Shown piece after piece: positions 24,867 to 35,874 of a stretch of 64,000 bases of DNA. The notes beneath the pieces were generated by a model. The model was not told the DNA's origin. It did no database searches and saw nothing but the letters and a program-made list of their open reading frames with translations. The stretch is from Alphaproteobacteria bacterium (GTDB lineage Bacteria > Pseudomonadota > Alphaproteobacteria > UBA11073), in the NCBI GenBank assembly GCA_965246755.1, contig OZ251979.1, forward strand, positions 649,089-713,088, written 5' to 3'. Both the position numbers and the translations under genes were made by a program. Positions within the stretch are counted from its first letter, which is position 1, and the number at the start of each line of letters is the position of its first letter.

Positions 24867-26240
24867 TTAAAAGCTACACTCATCAATAACCCTATCAATA
24901 TCCTGGCCCCAAATGTCGTGATAGCTTTCCAGCAGATGTTCGGCGGGGGATTTATCGGTCGCGATAAAGGCCAGCATGCGGTCGAGGTAGATAGTTTCGT
25001 CTTCGCCAAAGTCGTTTTTGCGTGCGCGGTTCCTGAGGCCAATGCGGGCGATTTTCAGCATTTCATTGGCGATATGCCCGACATCCTTGAAAATACCAAA
25101 CTTGGCCTTGAGCGCGCTTTTGGCGACTCCCTGGCGCAGATACATCATGTCCTTAGGCGTCCAGCCTTTGATCAGCTGCAACGCCTGGTCGAGTGCGACA
25201 GAGTCATAGAGCAGGCCCGTCCATAGCGCGGGCAGCGCGATCAGCATACGCCATTGCCCGGCATCGGCGCCGCGCACTTCGAAGTAATTACGCATGCGGA
25301 CATCGGTATGGATGGTTGACAGATGTGCCTGGAAATCCGCCATGGTGGGGAGCAAGCCTTCCGCATCGGGCAGGCGGCCCTGCATAAAATCGGCGAACGT
25401 GCCGCTCTTGGGCGCGAAATAATTGCCGTCCTGCACGACAAGGCGCACCGGCTGCTGCATGACAAAATCCGCATAATTTTCAAAGCCGAAACCACGGCTG
25501 AACGCCGTTTTGATCATCTGAATTTGCGGGGTTTGCACCGCGCGCTGGATGAAGGCATAACGTTGGCTGAGGTTTTCGGCAGGTTTGCCGGCATAGAAAG
25601 GTGAATTGGCAAAGACGGCGGTCACGATTGGTTGCAGCGCCAGCGCCACGCGCAATTTGTTGCGCATGTCCTCTTCACTGCCGAAATCAAGATTGGCCTG
25701 CGCCGCGCAGGTCAAAAGCCCCCAGCGTTTTTGCTCCGCCGTTTCGGGGTCGGCAAACATCGCGGCATAACGCGGGCGCTCGACAAATTTCAACTGGTCT
25801 TCGCGCCATTTGGGATGGAGGCCGATGCCCATGATGCCGATATTGAATTCACTGCAAATCTTGCGCACTTCATCGAGATAGATATGCAATTCACGCGCGG
25901 CGAGATGAATGTCGGGGAGCGGCGCACCGGACAGTTCAATCTGGCCGCCGGTTTCAACATTGATCGAATATTTACCCTTGGTGACGCCAATCGGCATGTC
26001 GCCTTCTTTAACCAAGGTCCAAGCATGGCGGTCGGCGAGGATTTCCAGCAACTGTTTGATGCCGCCCTTGTCCGCATCATCGTAAGCAATCGGTTCCTTG
26101 GTATCACGGCGATAGAGGAATTTTTCATGTTCGGTGCCGATGCGCCATTGATCGGGCGTGCGGCAGCCGCTCTCAAAATAAGCGGTTAATTGATCGCGGC
26201 TTTCAATCGTTTCACTATTGCCTGAAATAAGACCTGACAT
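24867..26240 (-). CDS. gshA: Glutamate--cysteine ligase (plant/alphaproteobacterial GCS2 type)
   Basis: 457 aa; RDQLTAYFESGCRTPDQWRIGTEHEKF N-terminus diagnostic of GCS2 family. Confidence 0.85.
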   Translation of the reverse strand: MSGLISGNSETIESRDQLTAYFESGCRTPDQWRIGTEHEKFLYRRDTKEPIAYDDADKGGIKQLLEILADRHAWTLVKEGDMPIGVTKGKYSINVETGGQIELSGAPLPDIHLAARELHIYLDEVRKICSEFNIGIMGIGLHPKWREDQLKFVERPRYAAMFADPETAEQKRWGLLTCAAQANLDFGSEEDMRNKLRVALALQPIVTAVFANSPFYAGKPAENLSQRYAFIQRAVQTPQIQMIKTAFSRGFGFENYADFVMQQPVRLVVQDGNYFAPKSGTFADFMQGRLPDAEGLLPTMADFQAHLSTIHTDVRMRNYFEVRGADAGQWRMLIALPALWTGLLYDSVALDQALQLIKGWTPKDMMYLRQGVAKSALKAKFGIFKDVGHIANEMLKIARIGLRNRARKNDFGEDETIYLDRMLAFIATDKSPAEHLLESYHDIWGQDIDRVIDECSF

Positions 26241-26320
26241 GGTAATTTTCTAACGGGTTAATTTTTCGTAACCATAAATGCATAAAGAATTCATAATGTT
26301 AAGTAAAAATCCGATGTGGA

Positions 26321-27025
26321 TTAGAGCCCAAATGGATTGTCGGCCCTTGGTATAGGGCGATTGTAGATTTCTTTATATTTGTTAACATAGCTTTCGCCAC
26401 GTAAACGCATAATAAGCCCCATAATACTCTCTTGAACTGCGAACGGATTGTTAGGATAAGCACCTAATTCCGCGCGCATCTCTTGAATGCCATATGTTTT
26501 GCAATCCATGATATCGCGTTCAATCTCAGCTATAGTATTTGGATTACTAAATCTTTTAAAATTGGTTTCTTTGCCTGCGGCTATATAGGCTTCAAACACA
26601 GCGTAAGGATTTACTAAAATAACAATTTCTTGGCGGGATTGATTTATAGCGATATGCTTTTTATTTAGAGGTTTAATATCAAGATCTGAAAAATTTCTGT
26701 AGCCAACATTGCGCACAGTCGTTTTATAATCTGACTTAATGTTAACCAATCCGCAGCAAAAATGACAGAATGATCCCGGGTCCGCCAAAGACAGTCGTTT
26801 GCTGCGTGCTTTGCTGATAAGGCGAGTTTGGCGTTTTTCGATCCAATCATATAAATTTATTAAACCAGTACCTAGATTGGTTTCATTATCAAAATCAGCG
26901 TTTGGATCGCTATGCAACAATTGATCAATGGTTAACCCAGGTTCCAATAATGCCGGACCAGTACTAAGCTGCGGGGCATCTAAAGGCTGAAGTGTATGAA
27001 GTAATAAAACATGTCTTTTACGCAT
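26321..27025 (-). CDS. Hypothetical protein (234 aa, low-GC island)
   Basis: No recognisable motifs; ~38% GC. Confidence 0.3.
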   Translation of the reverse strand: MRKRHVLLLHTLQPLDAPQLSTGPALLEPGLTIDQLLHSDPNADFDNETNLGTGLINLYDWIEKRQTRLISKARSKRLSLADPGSFCHFCCGLVNIKSDYKTTVRNVGYRNFSDLDIKPLNKKHIAINQSRQEIVILVNPYAVFEAYIAAGKETNFKRFSNPNTIAEIERDIMDCKTYGIQEMRAELGAYPNNPFAVQESIMGLIMRLRGESYVNKYKEIYNRPIPRADNPFGL

Positions 27026-27130
27026 GAAAGCAAAGCTATCATTAAGCCAGCTTTTTACGCAACAAATTTATTACTTGCATAAAAATGGCAGCACATTGGC
27101 CGCCATTTGTAGTTCGCTTAAAGATTACGT

Positions 27131-30100
27131 TTATAACGCGCGCGCGATGCTTTCCAGTTCATAACACTCAATCGTATCACCCACGCGGATGTCCTCGTAA
27201 CCTTCAAAGGCCATCCCGCATTCATAGCCTTCTTTGACTTCTTTGACTTCTTCCTTGAAGCGTTTGAGGGTCTTCAGCGTGCCATCATGAATGACGATGC
27301 CGTCGCGCAAGAGACGCACCTTGGCGCCGCGTTTGACGAGGCCGTCCGAGATGATGCAACCGGCAACCTTACCGACCTTGGTGATATTGAAGACTTCGCG
27401 GATTGCCGCATTGCCGAGGAATTGTTCGCGCACGGTTGGCGCCAACATGCCGGTCAGCATCTGTTTTACATCATCAATGATGTCATAGATGACGCTGTAA
27501 TAACGGATGTCAATGCCGTCGAGTTTGGCCAGATCACGCGCTTGGGGATTGGGCCGCACATTGAAGGCGATGACCAAGGCTTTGGAGGCATTGGCCAATG
27601 TGATATCAGATTCATTGATCGCGCCGACGCCGGTATGCAGGACGCGCACGCCAACCTCGGTGCTTTCACCGGCGGCCTTGGCCAGGCTGCCTGCAATCGC
27701 CTCGACCGAGCCGTTCACATCGCCCTTGATAATGACGGTGAGTTCTTTTTTGGCGCCGGTCTGGATGTCATTAAACATCTGCTCGAGCGACGAGGCCTTT
27801 TTGGAGGCGAGGTTAAGGAGGTCGCGTTTTTTGCGCTGGCGGAATTCGGTAATTTCGCGCGCCTTGCTTTCGTTTTCAACGACGATAAAATCATCACCGG
27901 CGTTCGGGATACCCGTCAAACCGACAACTTCGACCGGCTGGCCCGGTGCGGCCTCTTTAATCGTTTTACCATGGTCGTTATGCAGCGCGCGCACGCGGCC
28001 CCATTCGGAGCCGGTCACGAAAATATCACCGGTGCGCAGCGTGCCATCCTGCACCAACACAGTCGCAACCGCGCCGCGGCCGACCTGTTGTTTGGATTCC
28101 ACCACCGTACAGACGGCAGGGCGATTGGGATTGGCCTTGAGGTCCAAAATTTCCGCCTGCAGCAAGATCGCTTCCTCAAGCTTGTCAAGGTTCAGTTTCT
28201 GTTTGGCGGAGACTTCCACCGCCTGGGTTTCACCGCCGAGATCTTCGGTTTGAATGTTGTATTGCAACAGATCGGTTTTGATTTTTTGCGGGTTCGCGCC
28301 GGGTTTATCAACCTTGTTGATGGCAACGACGATGGGGACGCCGGCGGCGCGCGCGTGATTTAACGCTTCCACCGTTTGCGGCATGACACTGTCATCCGCG
28401 GCGACGACAAGGACGACAACGTCGGTGACATTGGCGCCCCGCGCGCGCATTTCGGTAAAGGCGGCGTGACCCGGCGTATCGAGGAAGGTGATTTTCTGGC
28501 CGGATTTCAGTGTGACCTGATAGGCGCCGATATGCTGCGTGATGCCGCCGGCCTCGCCCGAGACGACATCGGTCGCGCGAATGGCATCCAGCAGTGAGGT
28601 TTTACCATGATCGACGTGACCCATGATGGTGACAACCGGCGGCCGCGCCACCAGCGTATCATTGGTGTGATCCCATTCACCGAGGCCAAGTTCCACATCG
28701 CTTTCCGACACGCGCACCACGCGGTGGCCAAGTTCGGAGGCAATCAGTTCGGCGGTATCCGCATCAATCACCTGATTGATGGTGGCCATGACGCCCATTT
28801 TCATGAGGGTCTTGATAACCAGGCCGCCGGGTTCGGACATCCGGTTGGACAGTTCCTGCACCGTAATTGTATCCGGCACCGTGACATCGCGCATGATTTT
28901 TTCGCGGACGTCGTTACTGACGCCCTTGCGTTTTTGTTTCATGACCAAACGGCGGCGCGCGGCATCCGACATGGTTTTGCCACTGCCGAAATTATCGTCG
29001 AGCGCTTGCGTTACGGTCAGGCGGCCGGTGCGGCGGTCAATTGTGGTAGGGCCAGTGGTTTTCTTGGCCGGTTGCGCCATTTTGGCGGCCGCGGATTTGC
29101 GCGCATCGCTGCTGTCATCGCTGCCGTCTTTGGCGCGGAAGGATTCCAGTTTGGCGGCGGCACTGGCCCCCGCGCGGTCGGCTATTTTACGCCGTTCGTC
29201 ATCAGGCGTGGTTGCGGCAAGTTCCGGCCGCGCGAATGACCGCTGGCCGATCTGGCTGCGCATTGCGCCAAACCGCTGCGCGCCATCTGCCGCGCTGCCG
29301 GTGTTTTGGAGCGCGCGTTGGCGCGCCTCACGTTGGGCGGTGGAAAGAGCAGGGCCGCCAGTGCCGGTGGCGGTGCGCGCTTCACCGGTACGGGGGGCGC
29401 CGGGGCGGGGCGGGTAAGCTGGACGGTCACTGCGGTTACGATCAGCCGTCCCACCTTCGTGGCGCGGCCGGTCTCCGCCAGGACGGTCGCCGGCGGGGCG
29501 ATTTCTATCGCCATAAGCGGGGCGTTCTCCCGCTGGACGCGGACCTGGGCTTTGCGGCACAGTCGTGCGCGGCGTGCGGTCACCATATTGATTTTGCGGT
29601 GTTCCATCGCGACCAGGACGGTCCACGTTCGGACGCTCATTGCGGTATGATCCGGTGCGATCACCAGCTGGGCGGTCGGTTGCCGGGCGTTCCGGACGCG
29701 GCGCGTTTGAAGGCGGGCGCAATGATGGCTGGCCCAGGCCCGCGGGGCGTTCGGCGCGATTGGGCGCACTGGTGGTGCCTATCGTCCGGTCAACCGGATT
29801 GGTATTGGCGGGACGTGCTGTTGTACGGGCAGACGATGTTTCTTCACGTGGTGGCGCAGCCGCCGGGCGTACCGTGGGCTGGCCCAGGCCAGTCGGACGT
29901 TCCGGACGCGGCGTAAAAGCCGTCGATGACGCGATAGCACGCGGCGCACTGGGTGCAGAGCTGGCACCAGCCGCCGGGCGTGTTTCGCTGGCGCCGCCGG
30001 TGGGCAGCGACCGCCGTTTGGCAACCTCTACAGTGACATTGCGCCCATGCGAAAACTGCTGTTTCACATGTGCCCCGCCACCGCCGCCAGGACGCGCCCC

Positions 30101-30151
30101 GGCGCGCGCGAGCGTGAGAGTCTTTTTTTCTGTGTCGTTGCCGTCGGTCAT
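27131..30151 (-). CDS. infB: Translation initiation factor IF-2
   Basis: 1006 aa; Pro/Arg/Gly-rich N-domain, GTP-binding domain ([25 protein letters not shown]), C-terminal beta-barrels. Confidence 0.97.
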   Translation of the reverse strand: MTDGNDTEKKTLTLARAGARPGGGGGAHVKQQFSHGRNVTVEVAKRRSLPTGGASETRPAAGASSAPSAPRAIASSTAFTPRPERPTGLGQPTVRPAAAPPREETSSARTTARPANTNPVDRTIGTTSAPNRAERPAGLGQPSLRPPSNAPRPERPATDRPAGDRTGSYRNERPNVDRPGRDGTPQNQYGDRTPRTTVPQSPGPRPAGERPAYGDRNRPAGDRPGGDRPRHEGGTADRNRSDRPAYPPRPGAPRTGEARTATGTGGPALSTAQREARQRALQNTGSAADGAQRFGAMRSQIGQRSFARPELAATTPDDERRKIADRAGASAAAKLESFRAKDGSDDSSDARKSAAAKMAQPAKKTTGPTTIDRRTGRLTVTQALDDNFGSGKTMSDAARRRLVMKQKRKGVSNDVREKIMRDVTVPDTITVQELSNRMSEPGGLVIKTLMKMGVMATINQVIDADTAELIASELGHRVVRVSESDVELGLGEWDHTNDTLVARPPVVTIMGHVDHGKTSLLDAIRATDVVSGEAGGITQHIGAYQVTLKSGQKITFLDTPGHAAFTEMRARGANVTDVVVLVVAADDSVMPQTVEALNHARAAGVPIVVAINKVDKPGANPQKIKTDLLQYNIQTEDLGGETQAVEVSAKQKLNLDKLEEAILLQAEILDLKANPNRPAVCTVVESKQQVGRGAVATVLVQDGTLRTGDIFVTGSEWGRVRALHNDHGKTIKEAAPGQPVEVVGLTGIPNAGDDFIVVENESKAREITEFRQRKKRDLLNLASKKASSLEQMFNDIQTGAKKELTVIIKGDVNGSVEAIAGSLAKAAGESTEVGVRVLHTGVGAINESDITLANASKALVIAFNVRPNPQARDLAKLDGIDIRYYSVIYDIIDDVKQMLTGMLAPTVREQFLGNAAIREVFNITKVGKVAGCIISDGLVKRGAKVRLLRDGIVIHDGTLKTLKRFKEEVKEVKEGYECGMAFEGYEDIRVGDTIECYELESIARAL

Positions 30152-30206
30152 TCTAGCCTTGTCTTTACGCGATTTTCGCGCGGGTGGGTAGGTTTAATTC
30201 ATGGTA

Positions 30207-31763
30207 TTACGCGTCATCTGATGTCTCATCTGTTGCTTCATTATCAGGATCCATAGCCATGGCATCTTCGTCGGCAAACCAATGTTCGCGCGCGCGCATA
30301 ATCATGTCATTGGCGACCTGCAGTTTGATTTTATCTTTGCCGAGAATCTCAACCAGTTCATCACCGGCCAGATCCGCAAAATCATCCAGCGTTTTGATGC
30401 CGTTTTCACCCAGTTTGACCAGCGTGTCGAAATCGAGGCCATCAAAAGCGCGCAAGTCGTCCGCAATGCCAAGTTCGGTGAATTTGGTGGTTTGCTCCGC
30501 CTCGCGTGCCTCAATCCAGTTGCGCGCGCGGGTTTGCAATTCGCCGGCAACCGTTTCATCAAAGCCTTCGATGGAGGCGAGCTCCTCGGTTTCAATAAAG
30601 GCAACCTCTTCAATATTGCTGAAACCTTCCGCGACCAACAAGTGCGCGATGACATCATCAACATCAAGGACGGCGGTAAACAGTTCGGTCAGCTCTTTCG
30701 TTTCCTTGGCACGGCGTTCAGACTCTTCCGCTTCGGTCAGAATATCGATATCCCAGCCAGTCAGCATTGACGCCAAACGTACATTCTGACCACGGCGGCC
30801 GATGGCCAGTGACAATTGATCATCTGGCACCACAACTTCGATGCGGCCGGCGTTTTCATCCAAGACGACTTTGGACACTTCCGCCGGGGTAAGCGCATTG
30901 ACAACAAACGTCGCCGGGTCTTCCGACCAGATAATAATATCAACCTTTTCGCCGCCCAACTCATTGACGACGGCCTGGACGCGCGAGCCGCGCATCCCGA
31001 TACAGGCGCCGCGCGGATCAACCGAATTTTCATTCGAATGCACGGCGATTTTGGCGCGGCTGCCCGGATCACGCGCGACCGATTTGATTTCAATAATACC
31101 ATCGTAAATTTCCGGCACCTCGGCCGCTAGCAGTTTCGCCGCGAATTGCGGATGGGTGCGGGACAGGAAAATTTGCGGGCCGCGGCCTTCGCGGCGGACA
31201 TCGTAAATGTAAGCGCGGATGCGGTTATTGTTTTTCAGATTTTCACGCGGCAGCGATTCATCGCGGCGCAGGATGCCTTCAGCGCGCCCGAGATCAATTG
31301 TGGCATTGCCATATTCGACGCGTTTGACCTCGCCATTCACAATCTCGCCAATACGATCCTGGAAATCCGCAAACTGGCGGTCGCGGTCGGCCTCACGCAC
31401 GTGGGAGACAATCGCCTGTTTGGCAGCCTGGGCATCGAGACGGGAAAATTCCACCATCGGCAGTTCGGTGATGAGGAATTCGCCGATCGCGGTATCTTTT
31501 TTCTCGCGCAGCGCATGTTTCAGATGAATTTGCTGATCGTCATTTTCCAGTTCAAATTCATCATCCATCACTTCGCGGTAACGGTAGATTTTCATCTCGC
31601 CGGATTTTTTATCGAGCAGGATGCGGATATCGTTTTCACGCCCGTAATGGTTTTTGGCGGCTTTTTCCAAAGCGGCGATGACGCCCGAGACCACTTCCTC
31701 GGTATTGAGCATTTTTTCGCGCGCGACACTGTCGGCAATGGCGAGGATTTCCATATCAAGCAA
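30207..31763 (-). CDS. nusA: Transcription termination/antitermination factor NusA
   Basis: 518 aa; S1, KH1/KH2 domains and acidic C-terminal repeats; operon with rimP and infB. Confidence 0.95.
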   Translation of the reverse strand: MLDMEILAIADSVAREKMLNTEEVVSGVIAALEKAAKNHYGRENDIRILLDKKSGEMKIYRYREVMDDEFELENDDQQIHLKHALREKKDTAIGEFLITELPMVEFSRLDAQAAKQAIVSHVREADRDRQFADFQDRIGEIVNGEVKRVEYGNATIDLGRAEGILRRDESLPRENLKNNNRIRAYIYDVRREGRGPQIFLSRTHPQFAAKLLAAEVPEIYDGIIEIKSVARDPGSRAKIAVHSNENSVDPRGACIGMRGSRVQAVVNELGGEKVDIIIWSEDPATFVVNALTPAEVSKVVLDENAGRIEVVVPDDQLSLAIGRRGQNVRLASMLTGWDIDILTEAEESERRAKETKELTELFTAVLDVDDVIAHLLVAEGFSNIEEVAFIETEELASIEGFDETVAGELQTRARNWIEAREAEQTTKFTELGIADDLRAFDGLDFDTLVKLGENGIKTLDDFADLAGDELVEILGKDKIKLQVANDMIMRAREHWFADEDAMAMDPDNEATDETSDDA

Positions 31764-32268
31764 CTCCTGTCTGGGATTGTTTTTCGGTGTGTTTAATGAG
31801 GTCGTCAGTTAAAATCAGGCGCGCCTTGGCGATTTCGGTGAAGGCGATGTGGTAATCGGTTTTGCCGTCGGTGAGCAGGATATTATTATCGGCATCCAGC
31901 CCGCCGAGTTTGCCTTTAAAATTTTTGCGGCCCTGAAACGGCAGCGTGGTTTCCAGCTTGCAGTCAAAGCCCGCCCAGGCTTGGTAATCCTTAAGGCGCG
32001 TCAGCGGCCGGTCGATACCGGGCGAGCTGACCTCCAGCACATAGGGACTGTCGGGCAGGGGGTCATGGACCTCCATCAGCGCGGAAATCTGGCGCGAAAT
32101 CAGCGTGCAGGCATCCAGCGTCATGAGGCTGCCGTCCACGGGTTCGGCCATGATCTGGATAGTGGGGCGGTTTTGCCCGCCGGTCATTTGCACGCGCACG
32201 AGGTCAAACCCCAGATCCGCAATGGATGGGGTAATGAGGTCGGCAATTTTACGCGCGATTTCAACCAC
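31756..32268 (-). CDS. rimP: Ribosome maturation factor RimP
   Basis: Overlaps nusA start, conserved position; LGFDLVRV...SSPGIDRPL motif. Confidence 0.8.
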   Translation of the reverse strand: MVEIARKIADLITPSIADLGFDLVRVQMTGGQNRPTIQIMAEPVDGSLMTLDACTLISRQISALMEVHDPLPDSPYVLEVSSPGIDRPLTRLKDYQAWAGFDCKLETTLPFQGRKNFKGKLGGLDADNNILLTDGKTDYHIAFTEIAKARLILTDDLIKHTEKQSQTGVA

Positions 32269-32397
32269 AAATAACTTTCTCCGCCGCTTGCAAGACCATC
32301 CTGCAAACGCCCAAACGTACCAAACTGTTAGGGAAACTGGAGGGTTTATAGCATTAGGTGGGTTAGCGATGCAACATAAATCTGCCAGTTTTTACTT

Positions 32398-32892
32398 TTA
32401 CAGCGCTAACACAGCTACGGTTGATTGTTGGCCATACCGCTGGGCGACTTGTGCCGGTGTTTCGTCACGCTTGTTAGCCATCTCCTTATTAGCCCCATAA
32501 GCCGCAAATATATTTGCGATGGCATCATTACCAACCTCAGCCGCAATATGCAGTGGTGTGCGACCAAATTTATCAGGTAAATTGATGTCATTATGCATTG
32601 CCCGCACCCATGCACAAATTTGTTCCATACCTTCGTCAGAATTTTCATCGCCATATTGAGCAATGATGTGCAAGGGCGTTGATCCTTTTTTAAACAATTC
32701 ATCCATAAAGTTTTTATTAGCTAAAACTTCAACCGGAGAATGATCCAAAATTTGCCAAATATTGACACCTTCCTTATCTTGTAACCTTTTAACGTGCGCA
32801 CATTCTTGTGCCCATCTTTATTCCATCATTTGTTGTGCAAAATATTGGAAGTCGTTGAATGAGGGATCACCCAAACCTACTGTAGTTGCCAT
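32398..32892 (-). pseudogene. Ankyrin-repeat protein gene interrupted by an in-frame TAA
   Basis: ATG at 32892 with strong SD (AAGGAGATGAAC-ATG), 24 codons (MATTVGLGDPSFNDFQYFAQQMME), TAA at 32818-32820, then same frame continues through two ankyrin repeats (GSTPLHIIAQYG, GRTPLHIAAEVG); downstream track ORF has only a TTG start. Confidence 0.5.
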
Positions 32893-32956
32893 GTTCATCT
32901 CCTTAAATTTTCTTAAATATGAGTAGTAAACGCTAAATGTAAAGAAATTAATAGTT

Positions 32957-33655
32957 TCAAATGTTAATTCTTAAAAATGTAAGATAAGTTAGAGTGCGCC
33001 CTGCTTGTTGGCCGCGCTGCGCATAACGGGTCAGGATATGTCCTGCTGGTGGTGCGTTGGTTTCCGCCGCTAATGTAAATACACTGCTCGCCATGACATG
33101 GTCGCGCATCCATTTGGTGAGTTCAGCATGATCGCTGGCGAGCAGCAGCGTGCCGTTGGGTTTGAGAGTACGCGCGATTTCGGCCACGCCGTGTGGCTGG
33201 ATGAAACGGCGTTGGTGATGGCGTGCCTTCGGCCATGGGTCGGGGAATAACAGATAAATGTGATCGATACTGTGTGACGCGAGCGCCTGCAATACGGCCA
33301 GACCGCCCTGATCGGACAAGCGGATGTTTTGCAAATCCTGATCCAACAACAGCTTCATGAGATTGGACGTGCCGGCAGTATAAATATCGGTGCCTAAAAA
33401 TCCGTCTTGCGGATGGGCGGCGGCCAGCGCCGCGAGATGCATGCCATCGCCATAGCCGATTTCGAGATGAAGACGCGAGAAACAAGACGCGAGAGGCGGG
33501 GAAGAAAACAGAGAAGTCGGTTCCAATATGCCAGGCGCAGCAGGCAAAGCGATTTCATAATCCGCAAATTTTGCCATCGCCGCGCGCCGCGCCGCAGACG
33601 GTGCACTGCCGCGGCGGCCATGGATTTGCGGCGGATGTATCAGTGCGGCAAGCAA
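32957..33655 (-). CDS. trmB: tRNA (guanine-N7)-methyltransferase
   Basis: LEIGYGDGMHLAALA...IYLLFPDPWPKARHHQRRFI motifs of TrmB. Confidence 0.85.
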   Translation of the reverse strand: MLAALIHPPQIHGRRGSAPSAARRAAMAKFADYEIALPAAPGILEPTSLFSSPPLASCFSRLHLEIGYGDGMHLAALAAAHPQDGFLGTDIYTAGTSNLMKLLLDQDLQNIRLSDQGGLAVLQALASHSIDHIYLLFPDPWPKARHHQRRFIQPHGVAEIARTLKPNGTLLLASDHAELTKWMRDHVMASSVFTLAAETNAPPAGHILTRYAQRGQQAGRTLTYLTFLRINI

Positions 33656-34299
33656 TGTTGCAGCAAGGCCTGTACACTAAAACGGCGATTATTTGCGGGC
33701 TTGGCAGCCGCTGGTCTGGCTGGCGGAATGTGTTGAGCGGCCAAAACCGCTTTTGACGTGGATTGATTTAAGAAATTGTTTGCCAGTTCGCCATATTGCA
33801 GTGCGGCCGTATGCGCCAGCAATTGGCATAGGATAACCGCAGGCTCTATATCAAGCACCGGCAACAGGCGGGCAAACAGCGTCCGCGCCTGTTGGTTGGC
33901 AGGAGAGTTCATATTTTCGGGTTCAAACACCACTTTGATACCTGGCACATCAAAGTGGCCAACCTGATAATTGGCACTGTAGAGTGCCAATTGAATAAGC
34001 TCCAAGGCAATCGTCCCATTTAAGGTATCGTTTTGATGGATAATTATATAATCATTTAATGCTACATCCGCGGCCGCGCGGGCGACATCGTGGCGTGGGC
34101 ATTCGATACAATAGCTAGCCCGTTGCAAAATACGTAGTGTCGCTACAGGATTGCCGCCCATTAAATCACATAATTTTTCTATGGATTGCTTATTATGGGT
34201 GAAGTCATCAAAGGCTCTATCCAACGCTTCAACGTCATTGCAAGACATCTTGGGCAAATTCAAAGATTTTAGAAAATATTCGTTAACACTGTTGGGCAT
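33640..34299 (-). CDS. Hypothetical protein (219 aa)
   Basis: Overlaps trmB start by 16 nt; no recognisable domain. Confidence 0.3.
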   Translation of the reverse strand: MPNSVNEYFLKSLNLPKMSCNDVEALDRAFDDFTHNKQSIEKLCDLMGGNPVATLRILQRASYCIECPRHDVARAAADVALNDYIIIHQNDTLNGTIALELIQLALYSANYQVGHFDVPGIKVVFEPENMNSPANQQARTLFARLLPVLDIEPAVILCQLLAHTAALQYGELANNFLNQSTSKAVLAAQHIPPARPAAAKPANNRRFSVQALLQHCLPH

Positions 34300-34375
34300 T
34301 GTCGACTCTTATTTTTGACCCGGTTATCTTTACGACATATTATTAATATTACCAGATAGCCATGAAAGTAATTCA

Positions 34376-35833
34376 TTAAATTTGCATCGCCACATATTTA
34401 ATATTCAAAAATTCCTCAATGCCGTATTTGCTGCCTTCACGGCCCAAACCAGACATTTTGACGCCGCCAAACGGTGCCTCGGCATAGGAAATCATGCCGG
34501 TGTTGAGGCCGACCATGCCGGCCTCCAGCCTTTCGGCAATTGTCCAGGCGCGGCTGAGATCGCGGGTGTAAAAATATGACGCGAGGCCATGCGGACTGTC
34601 ATTAGCCAGTTTTAATGCCTCTTCATCATTGTTGAAGGATGTAAGAGAAATTAAAGGGCCAAAGATTTCTTCGCGCCAGCAGCGGGCGCGGGGCGTAATA
34701 TGGCTCAGGATCGTCGGCATAAAGAAATAACCGCCCAGTGTTTTATGCGCGGGCGCGGGGACGCCGCCATGCAAAATATCCGCGCCGGTTTCGGCGGCAT
34801 CGGCCACCAGTTCGCGCATATGGGTAAAGGCGTTTTCGTCAATGACCGGGCCGATGTCAGTTGCGGTGTCGCGCGGATCACCAACCGTTAATGTTTTAAC
34901 TTCGGCCGACAGGCGTTGTGTAAAGTCGTCATAGACGCGTTTGTGAACGAGCACGCGGTTGGCGCAGACGCAAGTCTGGCCGTTGTTACGGAACTTGCTG
35001 GCGATAAGGCCGTCGACCGCTGCCTCGAGATCCGCATCGTCAAAGACGATAAAGGGCGCGTTGCCGCCGAGTTCGAGTGACAATTTTTTAAGCGTGTCAC
35101 TGGATTTATTATAGAGCGTTTGCCCCGTGCGCGTGGAGCCGGTGAAGGTCAGGACACGCACGGCAGGATGGCCGGTCAGCGCGTCGCCAATCGTGGCTGA
35201 CGCGCCGGTTACAATGTTAAAGACCCCGGGCGGCACGCCAGCCTCCAATGCCAGCGCGCCCAAGGCAAGTGCCGAATAGGGGGTTTGCGAGGCGGGTTTC
35301 AACACCACGGTGCAACCGGCGGCGAGCGCCGGGCCGATTTTGCGCGTAATCATCGCGGCGGGGAAATTCCACGGTGTAATTGCGGCGACCACGCCGATCG
35401 GCTGTTTGAGCGTGAGCAGGCGTTTGGTCGCATCCGGTGACGGGATGACATCGCCATAAATGCGGCGGCCTTCTTCGGCAAACCAGTCAAGAAAAGATGC
35501 GGCATACAGAATCTCCGCCGCGCATTCGCGAATGATTTTGCCGGATTCCAGCGCCATGATTTGCGCGAGTTCAGACTGATGCTGTTCCATCAGCAGGGCG
35601 AATTTTTTCAAAATTTTGCCGCGGTCTTTGGCGGTCAGCGCCGCCCACGGTGCGAAGGCGGACTGCGCAGCCTGTACGGCATCCGCGACATCGCCCGCGG
35701 TTAATTTCGAGATATGCCCGATCTCTTTCAAATCAATCGGCGAGCGCACGGTTTGCACCGCGCCATCCGCCGCCGAGCGCCATTGACCGTTGATCAGCGA
35801 TTTTTGTTTAAAGAGCGGCGAGGTGGGAGGCAT
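34376..35833 (-). CDS. NAD(P)-dependent aldehyde dehydrogenase (succinate-semialdehyde dehydrogenase-like)
   Basis: 485 aa; ELGGNAP and catalytic Cys context FRNNGQTCVCANR typical of ALDH superfamily, GabD-like. Confidence 0.75.
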   Translation of the reverse strand: MPPTSPLFKQKSLINGQWRSAADGAVQTVRSPIDLKEIGHISKLTAGDVADAVQAAQSAFAPWAALTAKDRGKILKKFALLMEQHQSELAQIMALESGKIIRECAAEILYAASFLDWFAEEGRRIYGDVIPSPDATKRLLTLKQPIGVVAAITPWNFPAAMITRKIGPALAAGCTVVLKPASQTPYSALALGALALEAGVPPGVFNIVTGASATIGDALTGHPAVRVLTFTGSTRTGQTLYNKSSDTLKKLSLELGGNAPFIVFDDADLEAAVDGLIASKFRNNGQTCVCANRVLVHKRVYDDFTQRLSAEVKTLTVGDPRDTATDIGPVIDENAFTHMRELVADAAETGADILHGGVPAPAHKTLGGYFFMPTILSHITPRARCWREEIFGPLISLTSFNNDEEALKLANDSPHGLASYFYTRDLSRAWTIAERLEAGMVGLNTGMISYAEAPFGGVKMSGLGREGSKYGIEEFLNIKYVAMQI

Positions 35834-35874
35834 ATAGTTTTATAGCCTCTTTAATATAAATCTAATAGTTGAAC

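Noticed and set aside
29100-30000. Highly repetitive Pro/Arg/Gly/Asp-rich DNA that might suggest a repeat element or CRISPR-like periodicity
   Set aside because: It is the known low-complexity N-terminal domain of IF-2 in the correct frame of infB, with no spacer/repeat regularity.
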